The notes under the pieces are model-generated. The model saw nothing but the letters and a program-made list of their open reading frames with translations, did no database searches and was not told where the DNA came from. From assembly GCF_009914755.1 (NCBI RefSeq), contig NC_060925.1: a stretch of DNA of 64,000 nucleotides; one strand, given 5' to 3'. Below, one piece after another: positions 1 to 15,697 of this stretch. The position numbers and the translations under genes were made by a program. The first letter of the stretch is position 1, and each line of letters starts with the position of its first letter. The stretch is from the human T2T-CHM13v2.0 reference genome, Homo sapiens.

Positions 1-251
1 TCTTTTCTTCCCCATTCTAAAGTTCTTCATCTCGAACTTATCCAATATATCACTCCTTCCCAAGGGAGACGAAACCAGGGTGTTGTTCTACTAACAGAAA
101 TCCCTCAATAGAAAAAGAAACCTCAAGACTGGGGAAGAATAGGTACTATCCATATGGGTGTTATAATTATGTACCCCATAACAATTTTCTGAATGCTTAC
201 TTGTAGATAAATTTTGTCTTAGGCATGAAGGAGAACAGCAAAAGAAGAGGA

Positions 252-414
252 AATAGCTAATATTTGTTGAACACCTACAAAATGCTGGACACCATGTTAA
301 GGGTTCTTACATACTCATACATCATCTCATTTAATCCACACAATTCTAAGAGAAAAGTATTAGTATCTTTTTTTTTCTGTTTGCAAATGAGGAAATTAAC
401 ACTTGGAAATGTTA
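252..414 (-). mobile_element. MIR SINE fragment
   Basis: Degenerate antisense MIR core: atctcatttaatcc...caaatgaggaaatt...gtta. Confidence 0.6.
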
Positions 415-1956
415 TATAGGAGAAGATATTGCAGAGCTTGCAGACAGTTTTCAATGCAAAATAAACACAAATGAAATAATTAGAAGGCTACAGCAAAATC
501 TATTGCCCACACTAAATACAAAGTGAATGCAAAGAAAAGTGAACACTGTGATGTTTAGAATGAGAACATAATATATGGATCAACAACCTCCGAAGCCAGA
601 GAACAGAGAGGACAAAATGGAATGACTACCGCAAGTATGTACTTAGAGCTGAAGAGGGATGGGGGTGACGAAGAACAAAGAGAAGTTCCATAGATAAGGG
701 AGGAAGTCAGAAATCTTTTAACTGTTGGTCTGGGTGATACAACTTTGATCAATAGCAGCCATCCTCACTAAAGTGTACTCCTGTTTTTAGGTCATTATCA
801 GCAACTGATACTACAAAAAGGTTGAAGAAGGAAGTTCAGTCTGAGAAGAGGCCTGGGTATGGAAAGAGGGAAGTGAATATGGAAAAGCTTCCCTTCTTTG
901 TTTCTACTGTCCTGTAAAGTGTATTTATATTTTATTATCCTCCATTTCACAGGGTGACAATCAGCAGTGGGATAAGCAGGCACTGTTCCCATGATTCAGA
1001 CGTTAATGCTAAATAATTATTCACTGGGACTTGAAAGAACTCCTCTCCCACCATTCAAAAAGGGAAGGGCTTGGCCAGTCAAATGTTTGGCTATTGTACA
1101 GTACCATAATAGCTGTAAAAAAAAAAAAAAAAAAGAAAGAAAAAACACATCTGTATATTGTAGGAAAAAGTAAGGCAGTCCTTAATACTTTTATAGTATA
1201 AATTGAATAACAGTACTATTACCTACTGAAGGTGTTGGTGTAATCATAGATTACAGTGTTAGAGCTCTATAAATTACAAAACTCCCTCACATGTAAAATA
1301 TTTCATTCTAACGTCATAGATAAGAAAATTTAAACCTTGGAGAATTTAAATAGCTTTTCTATTGTCATTCGTCTTAAAGACAGTAGGTTAAGATCCAAGT
1401 CCAGGGTTTTCTAACTTCAAAAAAAATACTCCAAATCTTGCATGACACTACCCAAAGAAATATGAGACAAAAATACCCATAAAATTCTGAAATGGCTCTT
1501 AATGTCTGTGATCGAATGCCTCTCTTGTTTTGTAAGTAAAACTGAACAATGATCCAAATAACCAAAACTTTTGGTAGCTTTATTTTTTGTCCCTTGTGGA
1601 CCTGTAAAAAAAATATTTTTATTTCATATTTTATCTTCTATTAAAAGAGGAAAAAGCACTAGGACAAATATTGTGCTGGTAAATGTTTAACATACAGATT
1701 TTGAGGGTGGGAAAACCCTGATTTGTACAGTTTGCCAGTTTCTGTGGTGTCATACTCCTTACACAGGCAATCACAGTCTACCATGTGGTGTTGGGAAAAA
1801 TGCACGTGATTAGCTCTTGTGAGCCAGGACACACTGAGACTGCCAAACAATTAATCAAAAACCCTCTTGATGGTATATCTTGTTAATAAATGCATCAGTG
1901 ATAGAGAACTATATGCAAATAGCAAGCTCTGGGTGTGAGATTCACCAGGTTAAGAA

Positions 1957-2421
1957 CAGCAGTTGCTCCCTTCTCCAGGAGGATATGCTCCAACACTCCC
2001 AGTGGATGTCTGAAACCATGGATAGTACCAAATCTGATTGCTATCAATCAGAATGCATTTCTATTTGTGTCTTCCACACACAAATTTAATGCCTTCTTCA
2101 TCTTAACTCTCATCACACACCGTGGTTGTAACTTGCAGTCTGAGGTATGACAGCAAAACCGGAAAGAATTTCTTTTCCCTTCTTCACAATTTTATGGACT
2201 CATTCTTAACTTGGATCTTAGAGCATGGTGATGCTGTACAAAGGGAAGATTCCCTGGGGAAGGCAGAGTAGGATGGCACCACATTTCATCATGCTACTCA
2301 AACGGCACATAATTTTAAACACATGAATTGTTTATTTCTGGAATTTTCCATTTTCTGACCACCATTGACTGCAGGTAACTGAAACTGCAGAAAGCAAAAC
2401 AGCAGATTAGAGGAAGCTACT
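1957..2421. mobile_element. MER44/Tigger7-derived DNA transposon (TcMar-Tigger)
   Basis: Both MER44-like ends: ccagtggatgtctgaaaccatggatagtacc and ggtaactgaaactgcagaaagcaaaacagcagatt...ctact. Confidence 0.65.
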
Positions 2422-2617
2422 TTTCTGGATATGGAAACTGATCTGACTTTCAACTGAAGATGTGAGACCTTGTAAAGCAATCTCAGTTTTCCTAAAGAAA
2501 CTAATGCCAGAACTGCAACTTGAGATTTTTAGCTTGAAGAAGCAAATCACCAGAGGAAAAGAGGTGAATGGACATGTTTCCTTGATTTGCCATCTTGGAC
2601 TTTGCCCTTTCCTTTAG

Positions 2618-2932
<315 letters not shown>

Positions 2933-3988
2933 TAATTTTAATCCCTGCTACCACCACTTTACTGGCCCTTGTGATAAGTTGCTTCCCTTTCAGCACTGTT
3001 GGTTCCCCTTAGAATAGCTCAAAATTTCAAAATCTTTTCATTAAATGCTAAGAGAGGCTACAGAAAAGAAGAAACACAAAGAATCTAGGTTTTGATCTTA
3101 CCTTGGTTTATTTGCTCCCAAGGTTCACAGACTCTGTCTTACTGAACGCTTTGTCTTAAGCCCCACAGGACTAGTACAGCTGGACAGCTCCCCCACCCCA
3201 ATGCCCACCTGCCCCCAACTACTCACCTCTGCATTCTGGCCACTGTGTTAACTCCCACCACTTGGTGGCCCACTTGGAAACATCTCAACATGTTGATCCA
3301 TGCTTAAGACCAAGCATTAGATGAATAGAACAGATTCTCACCTGAAGTCATTTCATAATCTCTTTCCTCGTGCCATTTTCCGACCCGAACCATGACTCTT
3401 CCTCATACCAGAAAAGTCCTCACCCTCTGTGAGAATACAACCACACTTCCTTTACAGATACACCAAATTTTCATAAAAATATAAGACAGTCATAGCATTC
3501 TAATAATGAGAAATACACACATACAACAATGGAGGCATTGTTCCTCACCCTGCAGATGACGTGAGGCCCAAGCAATCTGACCTTCAACACCTCAACACCT
3601 TCTCCAACACCTCCACATTTTAGGAAAACAGAATGCTGTAGTTACTCCAGGTTTGGAGAACAAATGGTCCTGCCTCTTATGTTTTCTTTTTTTTTAAGGT
3701 CATCTTCTTTCCTTAAGGATCAAGCTTGTTTTCCTAAGAGTATTCCTTTTAAAGAAGCCCGTAGGCAACCACACACACATCCAAAAAGTCCTGCTGGTGC
3801 TAAAATCATTTTGGAACTTCACTTTGCAAATTGCCTTCAGATCAAAGTTATGGCTCACCCAAGGTTGTCAGCTTCATTACAGTTTATTTTTCCCACCCAT
3901 CATATACACCAGACTTGGATCTTGACAAAAGGCCAAGATTTTGTCATTATTGAGAATATTCAGAAGCATTGTCTGGCAACAGTAACTA

Positions 3989-4031
3989 CACACACACACA
4001 CACACACAAACACAGACACACACACACACAC
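3989..4031. repeat. interrupted (CA)n microsatellite
   Basis: Directly visible. Confidence 0.9.
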
Positions 4032-4344
4032 TGCCCACACCACCCCATCCAACACAGCCCCAAATACCTTTCTAACAAAACTCAACCTTATTTTCACATC
4101 TGAAGCTTCTATTATTGTTCACTCTTACCCAAATTTTTTTAATGAAATAGCTAGAGATTGGAAGGCAGCATAGAGTGTGACCAAACACCAGCTGGTGCCC
4201 TCCTGGCAGAAGCTGTCAAAAACCACAATACTGGAGTCTAAGAGGGGCCTAAAGAAAGCAGCTAACCCATCCTCCTGTCTCCAGCTAGGTTTCTTCTCAT
4301 ATTCAGAGCTACCAGAGGCTGACATGGACTGGACCAGGTCTCAG

Positions 4345-4760
4345 TTTCATTGTGCTGGCCACTTGCTATTTTTCAAACATGCCAGGCATGGTCCCATTTA
4401 AACCAGTCACAGTGGGTAAAATGGCACTTCTGTATGGCTGACTCTCTTACCTCCTTCAAGCTTAAATATCATTCTGCAATCCTTATTCAAAATTATAATC
4501 ATTTTTCACTCCTCTCCAGATTCCTCTCTGGATTCCATTTTGTGTCCAATTATTTGGAGAAAAGCAACAGAGCCAGCCTTGCTCTTTCTCTTCTCCATAT
4601 AATTTTCACCTAATGTACTACATAATTTGCTTATTTATTACACTTATTATTTATTCTCTGTCACCACCCTCCCCTATCTTTGGTTAAATATGCAAAGCAC
4701 TTAAGATAAAGGCTAGCACATAGTTGGCACTCAAAAATATTTGCTGACTAAGTGAATGCT
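4345..4760 (+). mobile_element. L2 3' fragment
   Basis: Ends with the L2 terminus gcacatagttggcactcaaaaatatttgctgactaagtgaatg. Confidence 0.6.
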
Positions 4761-4959
4761 AGGAGAGACCTTCTTGTTCTGCCTGTCACTCCCCCTACCC
4801 TTGCCTCACAAATAATATGCTCAATGGATGGTCATTAGTTCTCTACTTAACTACTCAATATCCTTCCTTCATGTTTCCATTGTCTTGGAGAAGGTGGGTA
4901 CTAAAGCTAAAGTGTTGTCATGAACACATGTATAGGAGTTAGGGGTTTTCTAATCTCCC

Positions 4960-5251
4960 TTTTTTTTTTTGGACGGAGTCTCATTCTGTCACCAGACTGG
5001 AGTGCAGTGGCGTGATCCTGGCTCACTGCAACCTCTGATTCCCTGGCTCAGGCAATTCTCCTGCCTCAGCCTCCCAAGTAATGGGATTGATTACAGGCAC
5101 GTGCCACCACACCCAGTTAATTTTTATATTCTTAGTAGAGACAGGGTTTCACCATGTTGTCCAAGAGGGTCTCAATCTCCTGACCTCATGATCTGCCTGC
5201 CTTGGCCTTCCAAAATGCTGGGATTACAGGCGTGAGCCACCATGCCCGGCC
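4960..5251 (-). mobile_element. AluS (AluSc-like)
   Basis: Antisense Alu; gacctcatgatctg 2-nt deletion form; tctaatct repeated on both flanks. Confidence 0.88.
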
Positions 5252-6204
5252 TCTAATCTTGCGTTTTCTTCCAGAACCATACACATGAGCAATGCTGACA
5301 ATCTGCAGTATTATCAACAAGTGCATCAAGATACATTGAGCCAGGGAGGATGAGGGAAAGGAGAGTGGCATGAGGAATGTGGAGTATATGTGCAGGTCAG
5401 AGAGGTTCTGCAGGTAACACAAGGCAGTGCATATGTGTAAGTGTGAGAGAACGAGGTGAGGGCATGCACGTTCAGTAACGCTTCTGCCTGCACCATCTGG
5501 GAGGCAAGCAATTCCACTGTCAACTACCATGCCTCCCTGAACCAGCAAAAATAAACACATCAAAACCTCAGTCTTCACATGAGTTTTCACCATGTGGTTT
5601 AGCTACCTCTGCAATCCCTTCCCAAAGGAGAAAAAAAAAAAGTGAACTTTTATTTTAAAAAAAGAAAAAACTGCAGGACTGCAAAGAAAGGATAAATAAA
5701 GATGCAAATGTACTGTTGCTGGTTTTTTTTTCTTTTGTTTTCAATTTTATCTCCCCTTTGATAAAACAGGCAACTTAAAATGTTTTAAAAAGTAATAACT
5801 CACTATCAATGAATTGAAAGCCATAATTAATTTGAAATGTGTGCTAGCACCTAGCCATGTATATAGGTTTTTCCTGTATGGTTTGTAGAGGTATTCTAAG
5901 TGCACATAAAATATGACTATAAAATGGAATTTACAGCCCAGCACCAGACTGGGCTGGAGCAAGTGAAAGTGAGACAGTCCACTGTTGTGCCGAGAAACCA
6001 AAGATATAGGATCCACGTGTCTGCCAAGGAAACTTTTGTGTCACTCATCACCTTCTGGTGCTCTAAAGAACCATCGTCAGAAATGAATTGTTAAAGTACT
6101 GACCTTTCTCCGTGAGCTGCTTTCATTAAGATTACATATGCATATAAAAAAATTCTGCTTTTAAAATAGTATTGGTCTTGAAGTCTTTTTAGTCTCAAAG
6201 AACG

Positions 6205-8445
<2,241 letters not shown>

Positions 8446-9006
8446 AACAAAAGAGTGTTCTAATAATATGCAAATATCCCAAGAGCTATCACACCCTAAG
8501 CTTTATCAACTAATATCTTACTGCGGAAAGAGAATGAGAAATAGGTATTAGGGACAAACCTCAATTTTTCCAAGAACTGGCCCTGATGACACACTTACTA
8601 AACAGCCCAAAATGCTGACAAAAGTTTTTACAATGGCACATAATACTAAGTCCACTAAGGGACATTTCCTTTTCACTCAAAGCTGACATTCAAGCCCATG
8701 TAGAATAAAAAGGTGGGTACTACCTGGCTTGGAGCAATTTTTCTCACCATTTGTGCACCCAGCCTTTTTATTCCTCTCCTCTCTCCACCCAAGTCCCCCA
8801 AAGCAAGAATCAACTAGTCCCAGAAACAACAGAACAATTTCCTGGATCCCAATTAGTCATGTTTATCTCTCTATACTTCCTTAAGGTCAGGATAGCGAAC
8901 TCGGAAGTCCTAACACTCTTGCGAACAGCTTTATGCCTGGATCCAGAGTTAGGACCCTGGCTTGCTGTGTGAATGTAGTCTCATCTTTATGCCATGTTTG
9001 TGTCAC

Positions 9007-9434
9007 TGATGTGGTTTGGATCTGTATCCCCACCAAATCTCATGTTGAATTGTAATCCCCAGTGTTGGAGGTGGGGCCTGGTGAGCGGTGATTGGATCAT
9101 GGAGGCAGATTTCTCATGAATGGTTTCGAATCATCTGTCTTAGTACTGTCCTGACTATAGTGAGTGAGTTCTTAGGAAATCTGGTCGTTTAAAAGTGTGT
9201 GGCACCTCCCCGCTCTCTCTCTTCCTCCTGCTCCTGCCATGTAAGATACCTGGGCCCACTTTGCCTTCCACCATGAGTAAAAGTTTCCTGACGCCTCCCC
9301 AGATGCTGGGGATCTACAGATGCTTCTATGCTTCCTGTACTGCCTGAAGAACTGTGAGCCAATTAAACCTCTTTTCTTTATAAATTGCCAATCTCAGGTC
9401 TTTCTTTATAGCAATGTGAAAAGAGACTAATACA
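9007..9434 (+). mobile_element. MST (MSTA/B) MaLR solo LTR
   Basis: TG...taataCA termini, attaaa poly(A) signal, perfect 5-bp TSD gtcac (9002-9006, 9435-9439). Confidence 0.9.
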
Positions 9435-10808
9435 GTCACTAAACTACAAAGAGGACATTTGGTCTCCAATGAAGGAGTTCTTGGGTTTGAGGAAGTTCAG
9501 CTCCACAGTGCACTTCTATTGGTGCAAGTACTACTGCTCAGAACTCAAGAGACTGTAGAAATGGAAATATGTGACGTCCTCATATTTTCAAAATAGACTT
9601 CTTAAGATTCCCTGTCTTGTGAGCTTGCTAATCCTTGTATATAATACTTAGCACCACAGGGGTGCCCAACGCTGACAACTGACCAACTCAACCAGGAACA
9701 ATTGAAAAGCCTAGGACATGGAATCTGTCTGTGCTCTTTTCATTGAAAAGGTGAGCGGTTTCTGGCAGAGTCAGATTTCTGGAGAGAAGTCATCCATCTG
9801 CTAGCAGAGACCATTTCAAACCCTGCTTCCCTTCAGATAGCATCTTAACTCATGATGAAATTAAGAAGGCAAGCTCCAACGTGCACAGTTAGAGTCGGCA
9901 ACTTGGCCGGCTGGCAGAGTGTGGGCAGCCCTCAGCGCCTCTGACCTCTGTGCACTGAAATGAGAGGAAACTGTGATCAGGAGCTGACATTTCCTCAGAG
10001 CATCGCCCAGCTTTCCTAACAGAGGGACCACAATTCACTGATAATGAAGCTTTGAAGTGTCTGGCCCAGGGCCAGGAAACACTGGAAGTATCCTTTGGAG
10101 AATATCTGTTTTAGATTACTCCCAGTGTGCAGGAAGCTGCGCATGCTAACTTTAGCCGTTCTCCTGCCTTCAGAATGTAGAGGCTTCAGGCTGATTGATC
10201 TCAAGCCCATTCTTTTGGCTCAGATCTAAATGGCAGTCCCACTGGGTTTGGGTGTTTTTGTTTGGATTTTTGTTTTTGTTTTTGTTTTTTGCCTTCAAAG
10301 CTGCATTATGATCCTGCACATGTTCCTCTTCTTCATCTCTTCCCTCCAACAGTTTTGTTCACAATTTTTGCATCCCAAGAAATTTATATTTCTCAAGTAG
10401 AGAAATTTGGGGACACTTATTCCAAAGGAGTTTCTGCAATGGAAACCTAAATCCATCTGACAAGTTTCATTTCTGAAGGGCCTCATTATAATACTACTTT
10501 GGTTTATGGTAGGTCAAATGATGTGCCCCCTTTTAAAAATTATACTAAAGCATTTCTCTCATTATAACTTAAAAATCTAAATCCACTTTACAATGAGACT
10601 CTACCATTCAGGCAATTGATTCTGTTAAAATGCATGCTGTTCACTCTACAAATATATCCACTTTGATTTAGGCTTTATTGCTTCTCTCTGGAGCCACAAT
10701 TTGGCTGATAAACATAAACTACAATCTAAACCCTTGCCTTTCACACTGTGGTCCTTGAGCTCACAGCATTGCCATAACCTAGGAGCTTATTTGAAATAGA
10801 GTATCATA

Positions 10809-10900
10809 CTAGGGAGGCTGAGGCAAGAAGATCACAGGATTGAGGCTGCAGTGAGCTAGGATCACACCAATGCACTCTAGCCTGGGCAACAGAGCAAGAT
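10809..10900 (+). mobile_element. Truncated Alu right-arm fragment
   Basis: gggaggctgaggcaagaagatcac...gctgcagtgagct...gcactctagcctgggcaacagagcaaga. Confidence 0.85.
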
Positions 10901-11324
10901 AAAGAAAGAAAATAAAGAAAGAGAGAAAGAAGGAAGGAAGGAAGGAAGGAAGGAAGGAAGGAAGGAAGGAAGGAAGGAAGGAAGAAAGGGAGGAGGGAGG
11001 GAGGGAGGGAGGGAAAGAAAGGGAAGGAGGAAGAAAGGAAAGAAAGGAAGGAAGGAAAAAAGGAAAGGAGGGAGGGTGAGAGAGAAGGAAAGAAGGAATG
11101 AAGGAGAGAAAAAAGAAAGAAAGGAAAGAAAAGAGGAAGGAAGTGTGGATAGAAGGAAGGACAAAAGGGGAAAAGAAAGAAAGAAAGAAACAAAGAAACG
11201 AAGAAAGAAAGGGAAAGAGAGAAAGAAAAGAAAAGAAAGAGAGAAAGGAAGGAAAGAGAGAGGGAGAGAGAGAGGGAGGAGGGAGGGAGAGAGAGGAAGG
11301 AAGGGAGGAAGGAAGGGAGGGAGA
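10901..11324. repeat. (GGAA)n/(GGGA)n/GA-rich polypurine tract
   Basis: About 420 bp almost entirely G/A, including a long perfect GGAA array. Confidence 0.95.
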
Positions 11325-13054
11325 CGATATCAGGACCCTGGTCCTAACCCCAGACATACTTAATCTGAAACTGCATTTCAATAAGATTGTCAGTGATTCT
11401 CATGTACATTCAAGCTTGAGAAACACTGCTTTAACTAGCCCTCACCCCCTTAAGGGGAGAGAAAAAAAAAAATCAAGGGCCAAGACTTGAGCACTGTAAT
11501 TGACAAAATTCCCAAGAGGAACTTTGGCCAGCCCCTTGCTCAGTGTTTTTCAGCCTGCAGCCCCCACATAAATCCAAACCGGTTCTTCACCCTGCTCTGC
11601 TAAGAATAACTTTTGAATGGATCAACAGGGTCAGCTTAGTCAAACATCAAAGATTTTGAGTGCTTAATGAGGCTTCTCTCAATCTTTTGAGGATGGAAAG
11701 TAAACTGAAAATTTTTGGAGTTGGGTTTGATCATGAGCTAACAGGTCATTCCTGGCTCCATCTCATTGCAGATGCCAGGAAGACAACCTTCTGTACTGAT
11801 GACCAGGAGAGGTCATCTCCAAGGCTGTGCAAAAAATAATAATTATTATCATAATTATATATATATATATAACTCAATAAAAGACAAGACAGGCAGGGAT
11901 AGACCTGAGAAGATGAGGACTCTCACATCTTGAAATGTGGCTTTTGTGGGAGTCAAAGTTGAGGTGGTCAGTTCGTCCCCTCCTTACCAGTGATTAGCAG
12001 CTGGTAATGAAAGTTAGAGGTTCAATCCCAGCCAACCCCTAGGCCACTACTCATTACTGGATGTCTGCTGTCATTTGGGGGATGTGAGGTGACAAGTAGA
12101 CAGAGGGAGGACCTGGCATTTGCTGCTTGGTGACCTGTTCCTGATGGCCAGCATACCTTAAATGGCTACTCAACATCAGCCACCCCTTTCCAACCAGCTA
12201 TATTCCCTCACCATCCCACTTTCTATACTAAGACAAGGCTGCTGTTTTCATTTTTTTTTTTTTTTTTTTGGCATCAATTTTTCACCTGACACTAGAGCTG
12301 TTTTCTGCCCCCAGCTCACCCGGTGGGAGTTCCTGTCAAGCACTTGCTGGGCTCCTTCTGGAAGCTAGAACTTGTCTTCAGTACCTCTTGGGATCCTGTT
12401 GCAAAAAGGACAGTTGTCTATAATCTTGATATGGATACTATCAGATTGTAAGTATCATCATTATTAGGGAATCCTTCCTCCTCTGTTCCACCTGAAAAAT
12501 TTTATTTTCTTATAGTCTATTCAATTCTAATCTACCAGACTTTAAACTACCGTTCTCATCTGCCCATTAAGAAAGTGGGCCTTCAATAAGGTTAACGCTT
12601 CTAGACCCAGCCCATCCCATTCCCAGTTTCCTTCCCTGCCTTACTGCCCAGGCCACTGAAACCCCAACTAATTTTTGTTCAAGCTCTATTGTTACACCAG
12701 AGGTTGCCTATTCCAGTGGTCCTGGCCACCCACGGACTTAGTTCCTGGTATGTTGCACACAAATACGATATGTGACATGGAAAATATCACATAAATGCAG
12801 AAGACCATGGGCCAGAGCCCCTCTCCTGGAGTCTAACATTGGTCCCTGATAGATTTGTACACTAATTCATAGGGGCAGCAGAGGACCTGCATACCTGTTT
12901 CCAGCCCTGCCCCTGTGAGTTTCCTCTGATAGATACTGCACCAGAACACAGGTGTATGTGCTATCTGATCATTTACTCTTCTGTGCTCAATAAGGAAGAA
13001 TATATTCATGTAATCATTTATTTATGAAAATTCAATAAATATTTGCTGAAAATA

Positions 13055-13195
13055 AGAACAGCAAATACTACTAAGTACTTTTATGTGCCAGGTACTATTC
13101 TACAGATTTTACCTTAATTACCCTACTTAATCTTCACAGCTGCACTACAAGGTAGGTATTATTACCTTTATTGCACATATGAGGAAACCAAGTCA
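13055..13195 (-). mobile_element. MIR fragment
   Basis: ttaatcttcacagc...aggtaggtattattacc...catatgaggaaacc. Confidence 0.6.
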
Positions 13196-13683
13196 TGGTT
13201 CTACTACCATCTATGGCTTCTACCAAGTGCCTACTATGTGCTTAGCTCACCAGTAGTTCAACAGTGAAAAACAGGCTGATCCTTGCCCTGTGGACTGTAC
13301 TGTCTCATAGATGAAATACACACTAAGGATAATTATTAATCGAAATGGTGAAAGCACTGCAACGGAGAAGAATGAAATTGTATAAGCACATGTCATAGGA
13401 GAATATTACTTATTCTGGGGCATTAGCTAATGCTTCCCTGAGAAAGTGACATTTAAACTTTTCTACAGACGTAGAAATTGCAGACTCTGCCCCTAGGGAC
13501 ACAGAGAAATCCTGAAGGGACAGACTTCCTTGACTGTTTCTTAAACCTCATTTATACTGCCTACCCCCAAGGCACAAGGGCACCACATATCAAATTTTGC
13601 CTACAAAGTACTTACAAAGAACAGTCCTGTTCTCTGGCCTCAAAAAGTGTGCAGCATAGTTGGGGGAATAAGATTCATGTTCA

Positions 13684-13768
13684 GTCTACAGCCATACTAC
13701 CCTGAATGCACCCAATCTCATCTGATCTCAGAAACTAACAGGGTCAGGCCTGGTTAGTGTTCTGATGG
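13684..13768 (+). pseudogene. 5S rRNA retropseudogene (RNA5SP-type), 3'-truncated
   Basis: gtctacagccatactaccctgaatgcacccaatctcatctgatctcagaaacta...gggtcaggcctggttagt matches the first ~86 nt of vertebrate 5S rRNA with CpG decay. Confidence 0.93.
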
Positions 13769-14149
13769 CAAGGGTCATGTTCATTCATGGATACTTATTC
13801 AAAACAACAATAATGATATCAAAGTAGCCGTTAATATTGAATGCTTACTATATGCCAAGTGTTCTTTGCTCATCTTCCCCTTTAAACTTTGCAAAATCCT
13901 TCAGTATACTACTGCTTACCTTTTGAGGATGAATAAGCTCAAGTTCAGAGAAGTTAAGACACTTGCCCAAGGTAACAAATCCAATAAACAGGAAAGCTGG
14001 AATTACAGCCGAGGTCAGCTCCACCACCCCTATCCTTACTGCTTCAGGGTTTTCATACCCCAGTGCCTCCAGTGGACCAGATATGGAATCTGAACCAGAG
14101 AAGCAAACCTGAGAGCACTTGTCTTATTCCAGCTGATGGTTGCTGTGCA

Positions 14150-14340
14150 GAAATAAGGTCCCTGGGATACTGACCTTCTAATGTTTAAAGAAAAGCCAGA
14201 AGCTTTAATTTCCATATGAAATCAATTGAATTTTCAAAGTTGGCAACTAATTTTTAAGAAAATTAAATGCTATGAAAGGTATTTTTAATACACTTCAGGG
14301 ACCATACCTGGCCTGCTGGCCACCAGTTTACAGCCTCTGC
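14150..14340. mobile_element. MER103-like hAT fragment
   Basis: gaaaagccagaa...gttggcaactaat...ctggcctgctggccaccagtttacagcctctg. Confidence 0.5.
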
Positions 14341-14422
14341 CCTACCCCATATTGCTCCCGACCCATAAGGAAACCCACAGATTCATGGAGAAGATAGATG
14401 CATCAACAAATGCCAACATCTT

Positions 14423-15106
14423 GAGGCTGTGAAGAAATAGGAACGCTTTTACACTGTTGGTGGGAGTGTAAATTATTTCAACCATTGTGGAAGACAGTGT
14501 GGCAATTCCTCAAGGATCTAGAACCAGAAATAACACTTGACCCAGCAATCCCATTACTGGGTATATACCCAAAGGATTATAAATCATTCTACTATAAAGA
14601 CACATGCACACATATGTTTACTGCAGCACTATTTACAATAGCAAAGACTTGGAACCAACCCAAATGCCCATCAATGATAGACTGGATAAAGAAAATGTGG
14701 CACATATACACCATGGAATATTATGCAGCCATAAAATAGAATGAGTTCATGTCCTTTGCAGGACATGGATGAAGCCGGAAGCCATTATTCTCAGCAAATA
14801 CAGGAACAGAAAACCAAACACTACATGTTCTCATTCATAAGTGGGAGTTGAACAACAAGAACACATGGACACAGGGAGAGGAACCTCACATACCGGGGCC
14901 TGTCTTGGGGGGTGGGGGGGCAAGAGGAGGGTGAGCATTAGGACAAACACCTAATGCATGTGGGGCTTAAAACCTAGATGATGGATTGATAGGTGCAGTA
15001 AACCACCATGGCACATGTATACCTATGTAACAAACCTGCATGTTCTGCACATGTATCCCAGAACTTCAAGTAAAATTTAAAAAAATAAATAAATAAAAAT
15101 AAAAAA
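14423..15106 (+). mobile_element. L1PA7/8-like 3' fragment
   Basis: ORF 14485..14739 is the ORF2 C-terminus (DPAIPLLGIYPK...WHIYTMEYYAAIK); L1PA 3'UTR, A-tail, gccaacat on both flanks. Confidence 0.92.
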
Positions 15107-15510
15107 GCCAACATATAAAATGAGCATAAAAGAGGGATTGGTTAAATATATGTGAGGCAGAAAGAGGTGCAGAAAAACCTTCACAAATAGAATTGTTTGA
15201 GTGGGTGAGTCGGGGGTGAACAGCAGTCCAGACAGAGAAGACAGCACACAGGAAAACTTGGGGAGTGAGAATGCATGGCCTCCTCTGGGACCACAATAGC
15301 TTGAAGTCCCTTGTGCTATGAGAGAGCTTGTGGAAGAGTATTAAAAGGCCACGTGGATCTGGTAAGTAAGGGCAAGATTTCAGATGATTCTGTGTGCTAC
15401 ACTGAGATGGTTGCTCTTACCTGTTGATCATAAATACATGATAAACAGTAAGCAGTATAAATAATAAGTAGAATAAACCCAGCAGATAGGCATGTTACAA
15501 AAATTGCTGT

Positions 15511-15697
15511 ATTAGCAAGGTGTGGTGGTGCATGCCTATAGTTCCAGCTACTTGGGAGGCTGAAGCAGGAGGATCACTTGAGTCCAGGAGGTCAAGGGTG
15601 CCGTCAGCTATGATTGTGCCACTGCACCCAGGCTGGGCAACAGAGTGAAACCATGTCTCTTAAAACTTTTAAAAATAAAAAATAAATTTTAAAAAAT
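15511..15697 (+). mobile_element. 5'-truncated AluJ / FRAM (right arm)
   Basis: Right-arm sequence and A-rich tail; attgctgta on both flanks. Confidence 0.85.

Larger units (their letters stand above)
10735..11430. mobile_element. MER5A-like hAT element split by a truncated Alu and purine tract
   Basis: Left part gtggtcc...ggagcttatttgaaat; right part ccccagacatacttaatctgaaactgcattt...cttgagaaacactgct. Confidence 0.65.

Noticed and set aside
3664-4173. 169-aa ORF
   Set aside because: Runs through a (CA)n repeat, no recognisable domain or splice context
10804-11490. Five long overlapping ORFs (95-190 aa)
   Set aside because: Artefacts of the stop-free GA/CT repeat; low-complexity translations
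12241-12305. T19 tract between two gctgttttc 9-mers as a micro-retroinsertion
   Set aside because: Short low-complexity repeat, no TTTT/AA site, insert unrecognisable
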